NCBI RefSeq assembly: GCF_006345805.1
Contig: NC_043003.1
Coordinates: 42,780,001 to 42,844,000 of the forward strand
Reading direction: 5' to 3'
Length of the DNA stretch: 64,000 nucleotides
Origin: Octopus sinensis
Taxonomy: Eukaryota
This document shows, piece after piece, positions 13,782 through 27,550 of the stretch. The first letter of the stretch is position 1. The number at the start of each line of letters is the position of its first letter. The notes below the pieces were generated by a model. It was not told the DNA's origin. It saw only the letters and a program-made list of their open reading frames with translations, and did not search any database. The translations under genes and the position numbers were made by a program.

Positions 13782-14926
13782 ATATATATATGATAGTTAT
13801 ATATATTTAAAAAAATTATAAATATGAATTAATAATTTTAATTTTAAATTTAAATAATTAAAATTTTAAAATTTTATATTTTATATATTTTGTATAATAT
13901 ATTTTTATTTTTATGTTTTGGTTTATGTTTTTCACTGTTTGATTTGCCTAATAATGGTTTTATCTCTAATTTAATTTATAAACATATATATAATTTGTAT
14001 ACATTTGTATATATAATGCGTACACACACACATATATATATATGTAATGCGTATATATATATATATATATATATATATAATGTGTGCATTGTGTTGTCGG
14101 TTGTGCTGAAAATATGCACACCTATGTTAAAAGTGCTGGTGAGTTTGCATGACAACTATTTTTTTCCTAAAATGAAAGGCGTGACCTCTAGGACAAAATT
14201 CCTCATCTTATAAAATGTGGCCCGAATGAAATCGGGTTATATTAACCAAAATGTGAAAAGAGATCTAAATGGGGCTTGAAGGGGATTAAAATTTACAGGA
14301 GCGGATGATTAGGAATTCTCTGTTACATCAAGCTAAAAAAATTGTGCCAGCCTTTAAATAATCAATGTGTTGCCGTCCATGATGAAGAAGTTTTTAATGC
14401 TTGCCATGGTGAGTCTACTGTCGTGAAAAAGAATCACTTCAAAGCTTGGTGTTTAGGAATTTTCTTTTACATCAAGTTCAAAATTTTACGCCAGCCGTTA
14501 AACTGCCACTACGTTGCTGTCCGTCGTTAAGAAATGCCAGCCATGGTGACTCTACTATCCCAAGATTCTATTCCTTCAATCTTTGGTTTCCAATATTTTT
14601 TTTTTTTATTCAGCTCGCAAGTTTGTCTGTCCCTTTTAAATGTTAGTGTTTTGCTGTCTGCCTTGAAGCAGACCTTTCCGTTGTCACTGCCTGATATTTA
14701 TGATTGATCTTTCAAAATATTTTATTTCTCAACTTACTCAAGATATTTTGTTGTTTATTAATGGGAGAGAGATAGAGAAAGATAGAGAGAAAGAGAAAGC
14801 GAGGGAGAGTCCGAGTGAAAGGAAGGGTAAGAGAGTGGGAAAGTGAGAAAGGAGAGAGAAACAAAGAAGGAGAATGTGGTGATAAAAAGCAGAAAGGAAG
14901 CAACAGAAAGTAACAACCACACTCTT

Positions 14927-14958
14927 ACCCGCGCGTAGAGCGGGTCACCTTAAGCTAG
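14927..14958 (+). mobile_element. Helitron-type 3' terminus
   Basis: GC-rich hairpin ACCCGC-gcgtaga-GCGGGT, 9 nt, then CTAG, followed by (TA)n. Confidence 0.5.
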
Positions 14959-15021
14959 AATATATATATATATAATATATATATATATACATATATATAT
15001 GTGTGCGTGTGTGTATGTATA

Positions 15022-15060
<39 letters not shown>

Positions 15061-15239
15061 AGTAAATATAAATATATATACATACATACATACATAAAAG
15101 GTTTTAGCTGCCAATTCTGTACTAGACATTGTAGATCTTTGTAGATCTTTAGCTGGGCTAAAAAGTCACATTCGATCACAGCACCAATAACAGTTAAGCT
15201 TCGTGCAATGGGCATACTCGATAACGAGGGGGCAGCCAT

Positions 15240-15273
15240 CATATATATATATATGCGCATATATATACATACC

Positions 15274-15305
<32 letters not shown>

Positions 15306-15516
15306 CATATAAATATGTATATATATACATATATATATACATATATATACATATATATATATACATATATATACACATATATATATATATACACATATAT
15401 ATACATATATATATACATATATATACATATATATGCGCATATATATGTATATATATATATATATATACACATATATACATATATATACATATATATATAT
15501 ATACATATATTTATAC

Positions 15517-15571
<55 letters not shown>

Positions 15572-15670
15572 ATATATATACATATATATATATTATGCAT
15601 ACATAAATATATACATATATACATATATATAACATATATAGATATTTTCATATATATATACACATATGTG
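15240..15670. repeat. (TA)/(TACA)n degenerate microsatellite
   Basis: Direct reading; source of the IY-rich ORFs. Confidence 0.9.
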
Positions 15671-17281
15671 TGCGCTAGAATGAAAACATATGCTTTTCTT
15701 CTCATCCATGTGGTTCTAGGTTCATTCCCCAATGCAGCATCTTTGGCAACTATTTCCTATCGATGCCTTGTCTTGACTTATACCTTGTGAGTGAAAATCA
15801 ATAGATCAATACACAGAAATCAAAGTTTAAGAATCGGCTACGTGCGTGTGCGTGCATGTTTTTGTGTATGTATGGATATATATGTATAGCTCTCTGTGTA
15901 TTTGAGCATGTTCGTCTGTATTTTGGTGGGTAGTGGGGTGCCCGTGTATAGTCTTATCATATACCTTACACATAAAGAAACTTTCAACATTTCAAACGCC
16001 ACCACCATGCATGTTCTATTACCATAAATACATGAAGGCAGCACCAACTTTTATCAGTTAATTGCAGCTAGTTTGCAAGTCCAAGAACATCAAAACTCTT
16101 CCCCTTGTTGCAAGCCAGAATGATTGATATGATTTTAAGCAGTTTAATCTTACGTTACAACTTATCGTAAACTTCCAGCTTAACTTCAATCAACTATCAA
16201 GAAATGCATTCAAATTCGTCCATTTTAAGGCTATCTTTGTCTTTCTCTCACCGAAGCCAGAGGAACCTAACCACCTGAGAAAAATATTACGCAAGTAACT
16301 AAAATTCATATGTTTGCCAGCTATACCAAAAATAGTTATTAGACCATCTAACTACTACCACCGTATAAATGCACACTAATTAAAAATTACGGGTAACACC
16401 GAATCATCATCAAAAGATCATTTGGCTTAAGCAGTATATTACCTAATCATTATTTGGCTTAATCACTAAACAGAGGCGTTAAACATCTGTTTTCACTCCT
16501 TGAGTCTTTTCGTCAAACTGCACTATCCGGAAAAGGATGTTCAATGAGGGAAACAAATTTAAAAAAAGAAAAGAAAAACGTACAACAGACACACAAGATT
16601 CCATTTGATAAAGCACGACAAAAAATGTTCTTTTATTAACAATATTAGTAGTGGGATCATATGTTTCATTATTCTCGATCTGCTCGAACAGGTCTGATCA
16701 TAGCTACACAGCTACACGATTACAAAATGCAACGGCAACGACGAAGACAATAAGAACAATAAGAACGACGATGACATCTGCGTGAACAGCTACAACAAGA
16801 ACAAAGCACCCCTTCCACATAAGCATTTGAACATATCAATATTAAGCAATGAAGGATAGTCTAATTGGTTGAAAGACATCCTAAAAGTAGCAATCAAATC
16901 ACCCTCAAATCTCAAGGTACAACATAAAAACGATACGTAATATATAATATGGACCTGAAAAGACGTCTACGGCAGCAACACCAATAGCTGGCTTCTATGT
17001 GTAACATAAATACATCTCAATTTTGAACTGCAAAGTAGGTCATCATAGTTGTTCATTTGCCAATCACAGTTGCTATAAGAAATTTCAACACCCCTCTGAG
17101 ACTCTATTATTCTTCTATTGCCATTAAAATATTTGATTGTACGTCTGTTATTATTGGCTCATTATTCAATCAACATTAATGACAAAGAATACAGCTAAGA
17201 CATCCATCCATACACACACGCATGCATATGCATTTATAGATACATATATGTACATATATATATGTAATATATATATATATG

Positions 17282-17369
<88 letters not shown>

Positions 17370-17468
17370 ATAAGTATATTCGTATATCTATGTACCTCTG
17401 TTTATATATATATATATATATATAATATATATATATATAAATATAAATATAAATATATAAATATATAA

Positions 17469-17548
<80 letters not shown>

Positions 17549-18897
17549 TGTATGTATGTGTGTGTGTGTGTATTTATATGCATATATATGTACATTCTCT
17601 TGTTGATGCGTGCACATGTTTATATGTATACATTCATTCATAATATATAGGAATGTGTATATGCCTACTTCTATAGGTACACATGGCGGCTGAACAACTA
17701 GGAAAAGTAGCATCTAAATAACATAAGGGAACAATAATTTGACAGGTGTATGTATAAAAATTATACGGATACTGAATTACATTGAAAAGCACTGTCTCTG
17801 TTTAACAGAGATAAAAATAGGGGATGGATGTTTAAAAAATGGTAGAGCCCTGAGAATTAGAGAAAACTACATTTAAAATATATATAAAAGTTGAGCATTT
17901 TATAACAGCTTTGTCGACATAGAAATTGGCGCATAGACGAAGAAAGAGGTGAACAGAGGTGGATATTAAATACATCTAGTTTGGTAAATATTAAAATCAG
18001 TATATATAAAATACAAAGAAAGATAGAGGGAATGAGTGAAGATAGAAATACAAAGAGTAAATAAGTGAATAAGACCGTACTTAAAATATAAGAAGACTAA
18101 AAATCGTTGATTGGCAGAAATTTTTGCTATAAAGTATTTATGAAAATATTTCGACATCATCGTAGGAAAATGAAAGCTAAACAAAATATTTATAACTTTA
18201 CATTCTGGCAAATAATTTTCACTCTCCGTTGATGGACGTTTGCGGCAATTCTAAAGGTGATGTCTAAATTTTGATTCGAGATTTATTTTAATTTCGTAAA
18301 AATTTATTTGTCAACAAAGGAAAAAAAAAAAGCGACTGGTTGTTTGTTTCTCTCTGTATATGCGTGGGAGCACGAGTGTGTATACGAGTCTATATAAGAA
18401 GCTAAAACAAACGTGGGGTGAAGCTGGAAACATTGACAATTGCTTTGATGTTACCTCTTCAGAAGGGACATAAATGTATTCTGCTGCTATACGTGTGACA
18501 GTCAGAGGACATTGAAGATCATCTAACCAGAAAAAGTAGAAAGAATACATCAACTGTCTCCTGGTCTCCTGGTCACAGTCCCGAGGTTTGTTGAAAAAAC
18601 ATGGTCCACCTTTATGTGAAGAGCTATTAATGTAAAATACGGATATCACATACCACCTTTCAGTAATATCACTTCGACATTTTTTCTGAGGATGAATCTC
18701 GAATTCAAGGTGATGTGCAATAGAAAACTATTCTAGAAGACAAGTAGTAGAAAAGGCAGAAAAGAGATGAAGCAAAGGCAAACCAAAAGCGTATGCATTT
18801 GTTTGTGTGAATTAAGAGCCATACTTAAGCAAAAGTAAAACTAAAGGCAAATTTACAGATATATATGTGTGTGTGTGTGTGTGTTTGTGTATGCATG

Positions 18898-18951
<54 letters not shown>

Positions 18952-18957
18952 GAGTAT

Positions 18958-19055
18958 ATATTAAGTTTTATCGACCCCCAAAAGGATGAAAGCCAACGTC
19001 GATCCCTGTGGCATCTGAACTCAGAAAGTAAAGTCGGAAGAAACGTCGCTTGTTT
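18958..19055 (-). mobile_element. SINE family B fragment
   Basis: Reverse complement matches ttctgagttcaaat...ttcatccttt.ggggtcgataaa seen at 45.7-46.2 kb. Confidence 0.65.
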
Positions 19056-19344
19056 ATATCGCTAGCGAGGACATTAATCTCTACCACGTCCAGCACCGAG
19101 ACCTCATTATCGTGATTTCGACCTTGTTTGGTCTTGTCTATGACGAACACTTGACGGCTAGTGTATGCAAACATCCATAGATAAATAGATAGATGTAGCG
19201 AGATTGATGGATAGAAAGACACGCGCAAATATATGTAGATGGGTTAACTAATTGTTATATTTTATTCACTATCGTCTTCCTTTCTTTCCTATATTTTTTA
19301 TAATATTCCTCTTCGTATTTCTTCTCACGTTCTATAACAACAAT

Positions 19345-19582
19345 AACTGCAGAAGCAGCAGAAGCAGCAGAAGCAGCAGCAGCCGATGTGGTGGTGTTGG
19401 TGTTGGTACTAGAAGTGGTGGTGACGTCGCCGTACTTTCGTAAGCACAAACTTTCAACCGCGTCGTTTGCACACTATATTCTCATTTTTACCTTTCTCCA
19501 CCAACATCACCTTTATCAACCTCGATACTACAACTACCATTGTCATCACCACCACCACTACCATCACCAACACCATCACCAC

Positions 19583-19614
<32 letters not shown>

Positions 19615-20020
19615 CCATCATCATCATCGTCGTCGTCGTCGTCATCATTATTATCATCATCATCATCATCATCATCACCACCACCAGCATCAACAGCACC
19701 ATCATCATCATCATCATCATCATCGTCCTCGTCGTCATCATCATCTTCATCATCATCATCCACTTCCTCCTCCTCCTCGTCATAATCATCATCATCATCA
19801 GCACCAGCAGCAGAAGCAACATCATCGTCGTCGTCATCATGGTCATCACCACCAACAATCATCTGCCATCGTCGCCATCGTTGTCGTCGTCGTCGTCATC
19901 ATCATCGTCATCTGTCGTAGTCGCCACCGTTGTCGTCGTCGTCATCATCATCATCATCACCATCATCACTAACGTCATCATCATCATCATCGCCATCAAG
20001 AACAACAACTGCAGCAGCAT
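19345..20020. repeat. Compound (CAT)/(CAC)/(CGT)/(CAG)n trinucleotide array
   Basis: Direct reading; yields poly-H/S/I/D/M ORFs in all six frames. Confidence 0.9.
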
Positions 20021-20405
20021 CCTCATTTTGATACCGGTTACTATAATCAATTTAATTTAACTTCTTTTTTTTTCAAATAATTACCTTTCCTATACAAATA
20101 CAAGGTTTGAGGCGTATTTAAAAAGCCTTGTGCTAATCATTACTATAAACAGCATTTTCAGCATCATTCCCAACGTCGTCAGCCTTGTACTACACACACA
20201 TACATGCATACACATGTACACGTATGTATATACGCATGTACGAATGTGTATGTATGCATACATACATACATGCATACATACATATATACATACATACATA
20301 CACTCATATATCCATACATATAAATATATGTATATATTCATACATTTCTACGCATCTATATAATACATACAGACACACGCAAACATATATATATATTATA
20401 TATAT

Positions 20406-20463
<58 letters not shown>

Positions 20464-20828
20464 ATATCAATAAATATGTGTATATGTATGCGCATGTCCA
20501 TATATTTGTATGTAGGGCTATTTGTATTTTGTATGTGTGTATGCAAGTTCTTTCCACTTTTTTCCCCTAAATAATGGTTTATAGTTTAAGAGGATCAATT
20601 TTGTGAGAATTTCCCGATAATCTTTAAAAACAATGGTATATAATTTAACGAAAGAAAGTTTCTATGTCACCGTTCTTGTTGCATTCTTATTTAAATGGTT
20701 CTGGTACACAACACTATTTTCAATTCGAGTATATATCATGTTAATATCATGATATTTTTGTTGTTTCTGCGAGAAATATTCATTGTTAGTGTTACTATAA
20801 CAACAACAAAAGTGGTAATCGTTGTTGC

Positions 20829-20886
<58 letters not shown>

Positions 20887-21697
20887 GTTATTAGTCGTAT
20901 CAGGAGCAAAACTGCTGATATTTCTGTGTTTGTATGTATATGTATGTTAGCGTGTGTGTGTGTCTGTTTGTGTGTGAGTGCACGTAGTTATGTGTGTGTT
21001 TCTGATATCGGATAATATTTCTCATCCTAAAGTTCTAATTAGAGATTCATTATGCAAAACGGAATAAAGAAAAATAGGAAGAGAAATATAGACAACTAAA
21101 TGAACAAAATTAAAAAGGAGAAAAAGAAACAAGCAAATAAAATAGCACATATATCACTAAAATAAAATGATAATTCCCATGCATACAACATACGTCAGAT
21201 CTGTATTTCGTTTTTGTGCTTGTTTCTATTTTGGTTCTAAGAATTTTCTGATAATGCCCCTAAAAACGGTGAGAAACACTTTAGTTCTAAAATCGATTTT
21301 AAACTTTGGCACATGATCCGTAATTTGCCGAGTAGGAATATAGTATATTCGATTTAATTGAACATAGGCATCATTGACAACGTTTTATTTTATCGATACC
21401 GGTCGAATGAAATGCAAGGTCTGCCTTCAAGTTCCGGTAAGGTCATAATTATAATTACACACTCGCAAAACGTAAAAAAAAAAAAATAAATAAATAAAAA
21501 ACATTCAACTCTAGTACTACAACAGTTGCTGCCAATGCTACTGTTGCATATGTATATGTATGTATGAATGCATGCTTAAAAAATAAAACTGCAGATACAT
21601 TATCCTTACATATCTCACGTCTGTTTTCATTCCTCTAGTTGACTCCGTATTTCATATCTTCTCAATAATAACTATTAGTTAACCATTTTCTCGCACC

Positions 21698-21745
21698 GTC
21701 TCTGATGAAGGGATACATAAAATATGCCCGAAACAGCTGTAAGAC
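21698..21745 (+). ncRNA. Minimal type I hammerhead ribozyme, canonical core
   Basis: GTCT-CTGATGA-A-GGG(14 nt)CCC-GAAA-CAGCTG-T-A|AGAC. Stem I GTCT/AGAC, stem II GGG/CCC, palindromic stem III, predicted cleavage after 21741. Confidence 0.75.
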
Positions 21746-21851
21746 CTCTTTATAAATGTTCTGAAAACTTTCACAACCTGGCATTTTTTTATCTCATATA
21801 TATATATAATATATATATATATAGCTAGCTAGCTAGATAGATAGATAGATG

Positions 21852-21891
<40 letters not shown>

Positions 21892-21989
21892 CATACATAC
21901 ATACATACATACATACATACATACATACATGCATACATGCATACATACATACATGCATACATGCATACATACATACATACATACATACA

Positions 21990-22022
<33 letters not shown>

Positions 22023-22465
22023 TCATACATAGATAATAATTTGGTGCTATGCAAGATGAATATATTTAACGACTTGACATACTTAGGAATACGGCTGTGT
22101 CGCAGCCTTCATGTCGTATGAATTTCAGTTTGGAATAAATTATATTTATACGTTGGCGTTATACGATACTGTAGTTTAGATAATCCTAATAAAATAATTT
22201 CATCGTTCTCATCCTCTGCATTTCTGGATTTTTATCTGCTCCATTCCCTTAGCTTGGATATATATATATATATATAGCTGCCATGCATTTTTTCTTATTC
22301 ATTTTCCTCTCACAATAGACATGTTTATTATCAGATTTTCTTTCTTTCAAAATCTTTTACCAGTTTCCCGCTGGGGAGCTGGTCTCTCATTCAGTCTCTC
22401 TCTATGTGTCTCTCCTCTCTCTCCCCTTCTGTCTCTGTCTATCTGTATGTCTGTCTCTGTCTGTA

Positions 22466-22497
<32 letters not shown>

Positions 22498-23059
22498 AAA
22501 GTATTTGTGTGTGTTTATGTTAGTTAAACTATTAATATTTGGTGTGTTGTGGGGCAACCAAGCAATAAATGAATTTCCTGACATTAATCAACATAATATC
22601 ACATTGTTTATCAATTCACCATAGGAAATTACTGAAAACAATATGTAAAACAATTGTCATGCTCTCAAGCTGAGAAGAAATCTTCGTTTCTTGCCAGCAA
22701 ACTTGTCAGAGGTCATTTGTATACTAGTCAACTATTAATATTGAAATACATTTTTATAAATAAATAATTCATTCATATTACATACATTTAGCTATAAAAT
22801 TTTCTTCGTACACTAATTACTAGACAGAATAATAAAAAATATCATAATAATGTGCACCTCCGTGGTTAAGTAGATGTAAATAACACTGCTATAGTCAGTA
22901 GGGAAATAAATATTTGTGGTTAACTGCCCCGATACTTACATATTATCTGCTAGATTTAATTGTTTTCTTTTGTTTCAATAATTACGGGGATGCAAAGTGA
23001 TGATATTAAATCTTTTAACAATTATCTTATAAAGCTAAATTATGAAAGCTCAAAAAACG

Positions 23060-23487
23060 ACTGTTATGTTTCGTGAGTCAGCAAGACATATCTCCTGGGT
23101 GAATAAGGACATAAGCTGTAGTCATTCTGTGTTACGGATTTTTCAAACTGTAACATACTCACTCAGAAGGTTCACCTGCGATTGATTAGAGGTAGACTTG
23201 TACCCCGGCAGTAACAATTCAGAGATCTACCCTCTTCGTTCAAGATTACCTGATGACTTTTTTGCAGTCTCATCTGAAGACTGAATGATCCTCTCTATTG
23301 CAGCTCTTGCAATGCTCAAACGGTTGATGAATTTGCCTAGTGACTGCCTTGCATATTCTCTTCGACCTATTTCTAGAGGATCGTTATACATATTCTAGTC
23401 TCTTTTCCAGCACTTCTCCACTAGTTTCTGGTATTGCACACGATTCCTCTCGTTTGCTTTATTAATGCATTCTTTCTATTGTACAGT
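23060..23487 (-). mobile_element. HERO-type RLE non-LTR retrotransposon, 3' part (endonuclease C-terminus plus 3' UTR)
   Basis: Minus translation TVQ*KECINKANERNRVQYQKLVEKCWKRD*NMYNDPLEIGRREYARQSLGKFINRLSIARAAIERIIQSSDETAKKSSGNLERRG* follows the HERO pattern LTVPWEE.IEEA.ERK..KY..LV..C.....P.EVG.RG. Confidence 0.7.
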
Positions 23488-26250
23488 ACCTGACTCCAGC
23501 AGTAAAGGACTCAGAAATCCACCTGCAGGGCTATGTCCTTTTCAGATGTGACAGAGGAAAAAGGCGAGGTGGGAGTGTTGCTGTGTATGTTAAGTCTGAG
23601 CACAAACCGTCCAGCGGTATTCTACCCACTAATGCTCAGCCTACAACAAAATTCGATGCCGTCTATTGCAAGCTGAGCCTATCTGAGTTTTGCCTGCCCG
23701 TGTTGGCTGTCTACAGGCCGCCTCTTGCCGACCCCCAGGACGATGCTCATTTACTCGAAGCGATAAGATTCGTTTCAGCTTCGCATGACTGTTTGGTACT
23801 AGGAGACTTCAACGCTTCCACGATCGATTGGCCCGCATCAATTTGTACAACATCTTCCCGTTTCGGCCAGGCCCTTCTTGACGTGGCTGAACATTGTTTT
23901 CTATCGCAACATGTTGAATATCCGACAAGGCATCGGTCTGGGCAGCAGCCATCTATGCTAGATCTGGTATTCTCCCGCTATCCAAGATCAGTGTCAGACG
24001 TATCTGTGTGCGCCCCTCTTGCCAAGAGTGATCATGCGGTCCTGAAGTTCGTCATGCACACAACTTTTTCTACGCCCACGACTACTTCGCTGCCACGTAA
24101 AGTCTTCTCTGCAATTAATCTTGAAATTCTAACCGAGGCTTCCGCGCTTCTGGACTGGCGATCCCTGATGACGTTGTCCTCTTGTGACGAACTATGTCAT
24201 CCCTCAAAGCATATGTAATCTGTTTGACTGACCAGGCAGTTCCCGTTGGACTTCCCAAGAGAAGAAACACAAGCCCTGGGTGACGAAGAAGGTTAACGAG
24301 AACGTCGACTCAGAGATATTGCTTGGGCTGAATTCAAAAATCTGGATTCGACTGCAGCTTTTGAGGTGTACAAAACTCAACGAGACCGAGCCGTGAAAAT
24401 TGAAAAGAAAGAACGCTTCAGTTATGAATACAAAATCGCGGCAAATGCCAGTAGCAATCCAAAAACCTTCTTTGCCCATGTCCAGCGGAATTCCCGCTTG
24501 AACAACCAGATTGCAACGTTGGTAGACTCAACAGGCGTATCGATTGAGGACCCTTATCAACAGAGTCAATTATTGCCGAGGCTTTTTCAACTATTTTCAA
24601 ACAAGATGATGGTCGTGAACCCCCTCCATTTGATAGATCGCTACCTCCAATGCTTCGATTGGTCATCACGCGGGACGAAGTCAAACGTGTTATTCAAGGC
24701 CTCGATGTCAACAAGGGTCACGGCCCTGACGGCATACACCCACGGGTTATCAAAGCGTTGGCTCCGGTCATCTGCGAGCCCTTAACACGACTATTCAATA
24801 TGTCATTGGCGACGGGTGTTATACCTGCAGACTGGAGAACAGCGATAATCTGCCCAATTTTCAAGAAAGGGAGCCGCGAAGACCCGCTTAACTACCGACC
24901 GGTTTCCCTTACATCAATAATCAGCAAGATATTCGAAACCATCCTTAAGAAAAGTATGATGCTCCACCTCCTAAACACAGCCTCTATCTCTGATTCCCAA
25001 CACGGCTTCGTGCCGAAGAGATCATGCTTGACCAACTTACTAGTAATGGAAGAATTGGTGACGCACATCCTCGATGATAGTGATGCTGTTGACATCGTTT
25101 TATTGGACTTTGCCAAAGCTTTTGACTCGGTAAACCACCGCCTATTACTTGTCAAGCTTCAAGCATATAGTTTCCATCCGGATATTATACGATGGGTTGG
25201 TGCCTTCCTCTCAGATCGCTCCTTCCAAGTCCAAGTTAATGGTTCGCGGTCCGACGTCTCCAGTGCGAGCAGTGGTGTGCCTCAAGGTTCAGTGCTTGGG
25301 CCCTTGTTGTTCTTAGTCTTCATAAATGACTTGCCCGACGACCTCACGCAACACACCCTTCTATTTGCCGACGATATCAAACTGGTCGCTCCTCGCGCGT
25401 AATATAGAGGATCTTCGTCGATGCCTCCACCAAATTTGGAAGTGGTCTAACGATTGGGACCTGTGTCTGAACGTGTCAAAGTGCTGTCATCTGCCTGTCG
25501 GCTCTACTCCTGCAACTCAACTTGATTTCGAGCCGGGTCGTCTGCTGCTGGAGAGGACCGATCAGGTAAAGGACCTGGGTATCTTGGTGGATTCCTCCTT
25601 TTCGCCTTCGGCCCAGTGCGTCCATGCTGCCAACAAAGCACGCGGAATTCTGTTCTTGATTCGACGGTCATTCGGAATGCTCACAGCAGCCATATTCCTA
25701 CCACTCTATGTCACGCTGGTGAGACCCATATTGGAGTATGGGATTCAAGCCTCTTCTTCCTTATCTCCTCAAAGACATACAGCATCTCGAAAGAGTCCAG
25801 AAGCTGGCTACCCGCATGGTTCATGGTCTCAAAAATTGTCCCTACGAAGAAAGGCTGAGGACGCTCGACCTTTATTCTCTTGAAAGACGCCGCCGCCGTG
25901 GTGATCTCATTCTCGCCCACAACATCATAAGCGGAAAGTGTAACCTCTCGAAAGAGCTGTTCTTCACTCCTGCTCCAGAGAGTCGGCTGCGGGGTCATTC
26001 CGAAAAGCTCTACCTGCGACGATTTCATCTCAATCGAAGGAGAGGAGCTTTCTCTGTCCGGGTTGCGGATCCGTGGAACAAGCTGCCAGACGAGATGGTG
26101 AAGATGCCGACGACCGCTTTGTTCAAAGCCTCCCTGGACCTCAATTGGCCTGAACTCTTTACATGAACACCACCCTGTACTTAACTCCATGTCCCCCTAC
26201 ATGGCCTTGCTATTTGCTTTTGAGCCAAATTAACTAACTAACTAACTAAC
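23488..26250 (+). mobile_element. CR1-clade LINE, 5'-truncated within the APE domain, (TAAC)5 tail
   Basis: APE (DSEIHLQGYVLFRCDR..RGG, LGDFN, LDLVF, SDH), RT (GPDGIHP, NYRPVSLTS, QHGF, LDFAKAFDSV, GVPQGSVLGP, FADD), C-terminus RGHSEKL...FSVRVADPWNKLP, then taactaactaactaactaac. Confidence 0.92.
23490..26166 (+). pseudogene. CR1 ORF2 (APE endonuclease plus reverse transcriptase), frameshifted
   Basis: Split across ORFs 23583-24218, 24366-24785, 24650-25402, 25326-25883 and 25738-26166. Confidence 0.9.
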
Positions 26251-26400
26251 TCCAAAGTCACTCATTTTGTTTCAGAGTTTATATTTTTAAGTGGGTGAAG
26301 CAATGCTGGTACTATGTGCTGTGGGAACTTCATTTATCTGCCAAAGTCGACAGTCAAGGGTCTGTCAGAGGCAGTGTAGAGGAGGCCTACCCTATGTTTT
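26247..26400 (-). mobile_element. HERO-type element, upstream part split off by the CR1 insertion
   Basis: Minus translation GLLYTASDRPLTVDFGR*MKFPQHIVPALLHPLKNINSETK*VTLEL joins in frame to TVQ*KE at 23487. Confidence 0.7.
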
Positions 26401-27498
26401 TGGCTGTGGATATGTAATGAGTCGGTTCATGACGCCATGCTGCGAATTCGAACCCGTGATCACGTAATTTCAAAGTGAACCTCTTAACAACTCAATAATG
26501 CTTACCGCCATGAATAACCTCGATTAAAACAACACCAAAATATATATCTCTTTACATTCCCAAGTTAGAAAAACTTGTTTGTAATACTGAATATATTGAA
26601 GAGAAATAAAAGTGCCGAGACACTGTCCTAGAAGATATGGAATGATATTCAAAGAATGCTAAGATGCGTTGGATAAAATTACATATATCTTACTGGAATA
26701 TTTCTTATTCCATTAAAATCTAACTGAAATCCTAACCAGCATATATATTACTATGTAAGGTAACCAATGAAAAATATGATTCAAGCTAAGCACAAATTAA
26801 CTTTGTCTTCACATACATACTATAAAACTTTTTCTTACAGAATACATTTATATTTTTATTATGATATAAATCTCACTGATTCCACAGAAACTGAAGGTTT
26901 ACCATACATAATTACATCAGTGAAACTCTGGCTTCTAGTCAACAGATTAGTGCTAAAATTAGACAAAAATACGCAAAAATTTTGATTCTGGAAATGTTTA
27001 TAAATACATATTCCAAAATCTAAAATTCAATAATATGAAACATGTTAAAAGTATATATATATATATATTAAGAAACAAATAGAGCTAGATAAATAATATG
27101 AAATGGAATAAGATTAAATTGTAATTTAGATGTTGCGATAACACGTAACGATATAATTATGTTAGAATGGACTAAGCATTCCATAACGATATAAAAATAT
27201 TGGACAAATATAAAACCCTTTTTGTGACGATGCCCATGTAGGAAACACTAGCGATATACACAAATAATTCACACCCATTAAATTATTATTCTTTTTTTTT
27301 TAATTTTGGCTGTTAACCTCTGCAACACTATTTTCATTTATCTTCAAATAGATACCGCAAGAAAATATCCACAAATGTTTTTCTTTTCGCAAATAGGACG
27401 GTATGAAAGAAAATAACAACAAAATGAACTAATTAACAAAAACACAAATAACAACAACAGCAATAATAATAATAATAACAATAATAATAATAATAATA

Positions 27499-27550
<52 letters not shown>

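Noticed and set aside
14345-14560. Two diverged ~80-bp direct repeats about 140 bp apart
   Set aside because: Real but short, old and with no recognisable function.
14955-15790. IY-rich ORFs up to 226 aa, and similar ORFs throughout
   Set aside because: (TA)n, (TACA)n and (TATC)n translations.
18311-18649. 112-aa ORF and nearby TATATAA
   Set aside because: No recognisable domain or splice context; TATA-like words are ubiquitous in this AT-rich DNA.
19388-20060. Long poly-His, poly-Asp, poly-Ile and poly-Ser ORFs
   Set aside because: All six frames are open because of the CAT/CAC/CGT repeat; there is no unique coding sequence.
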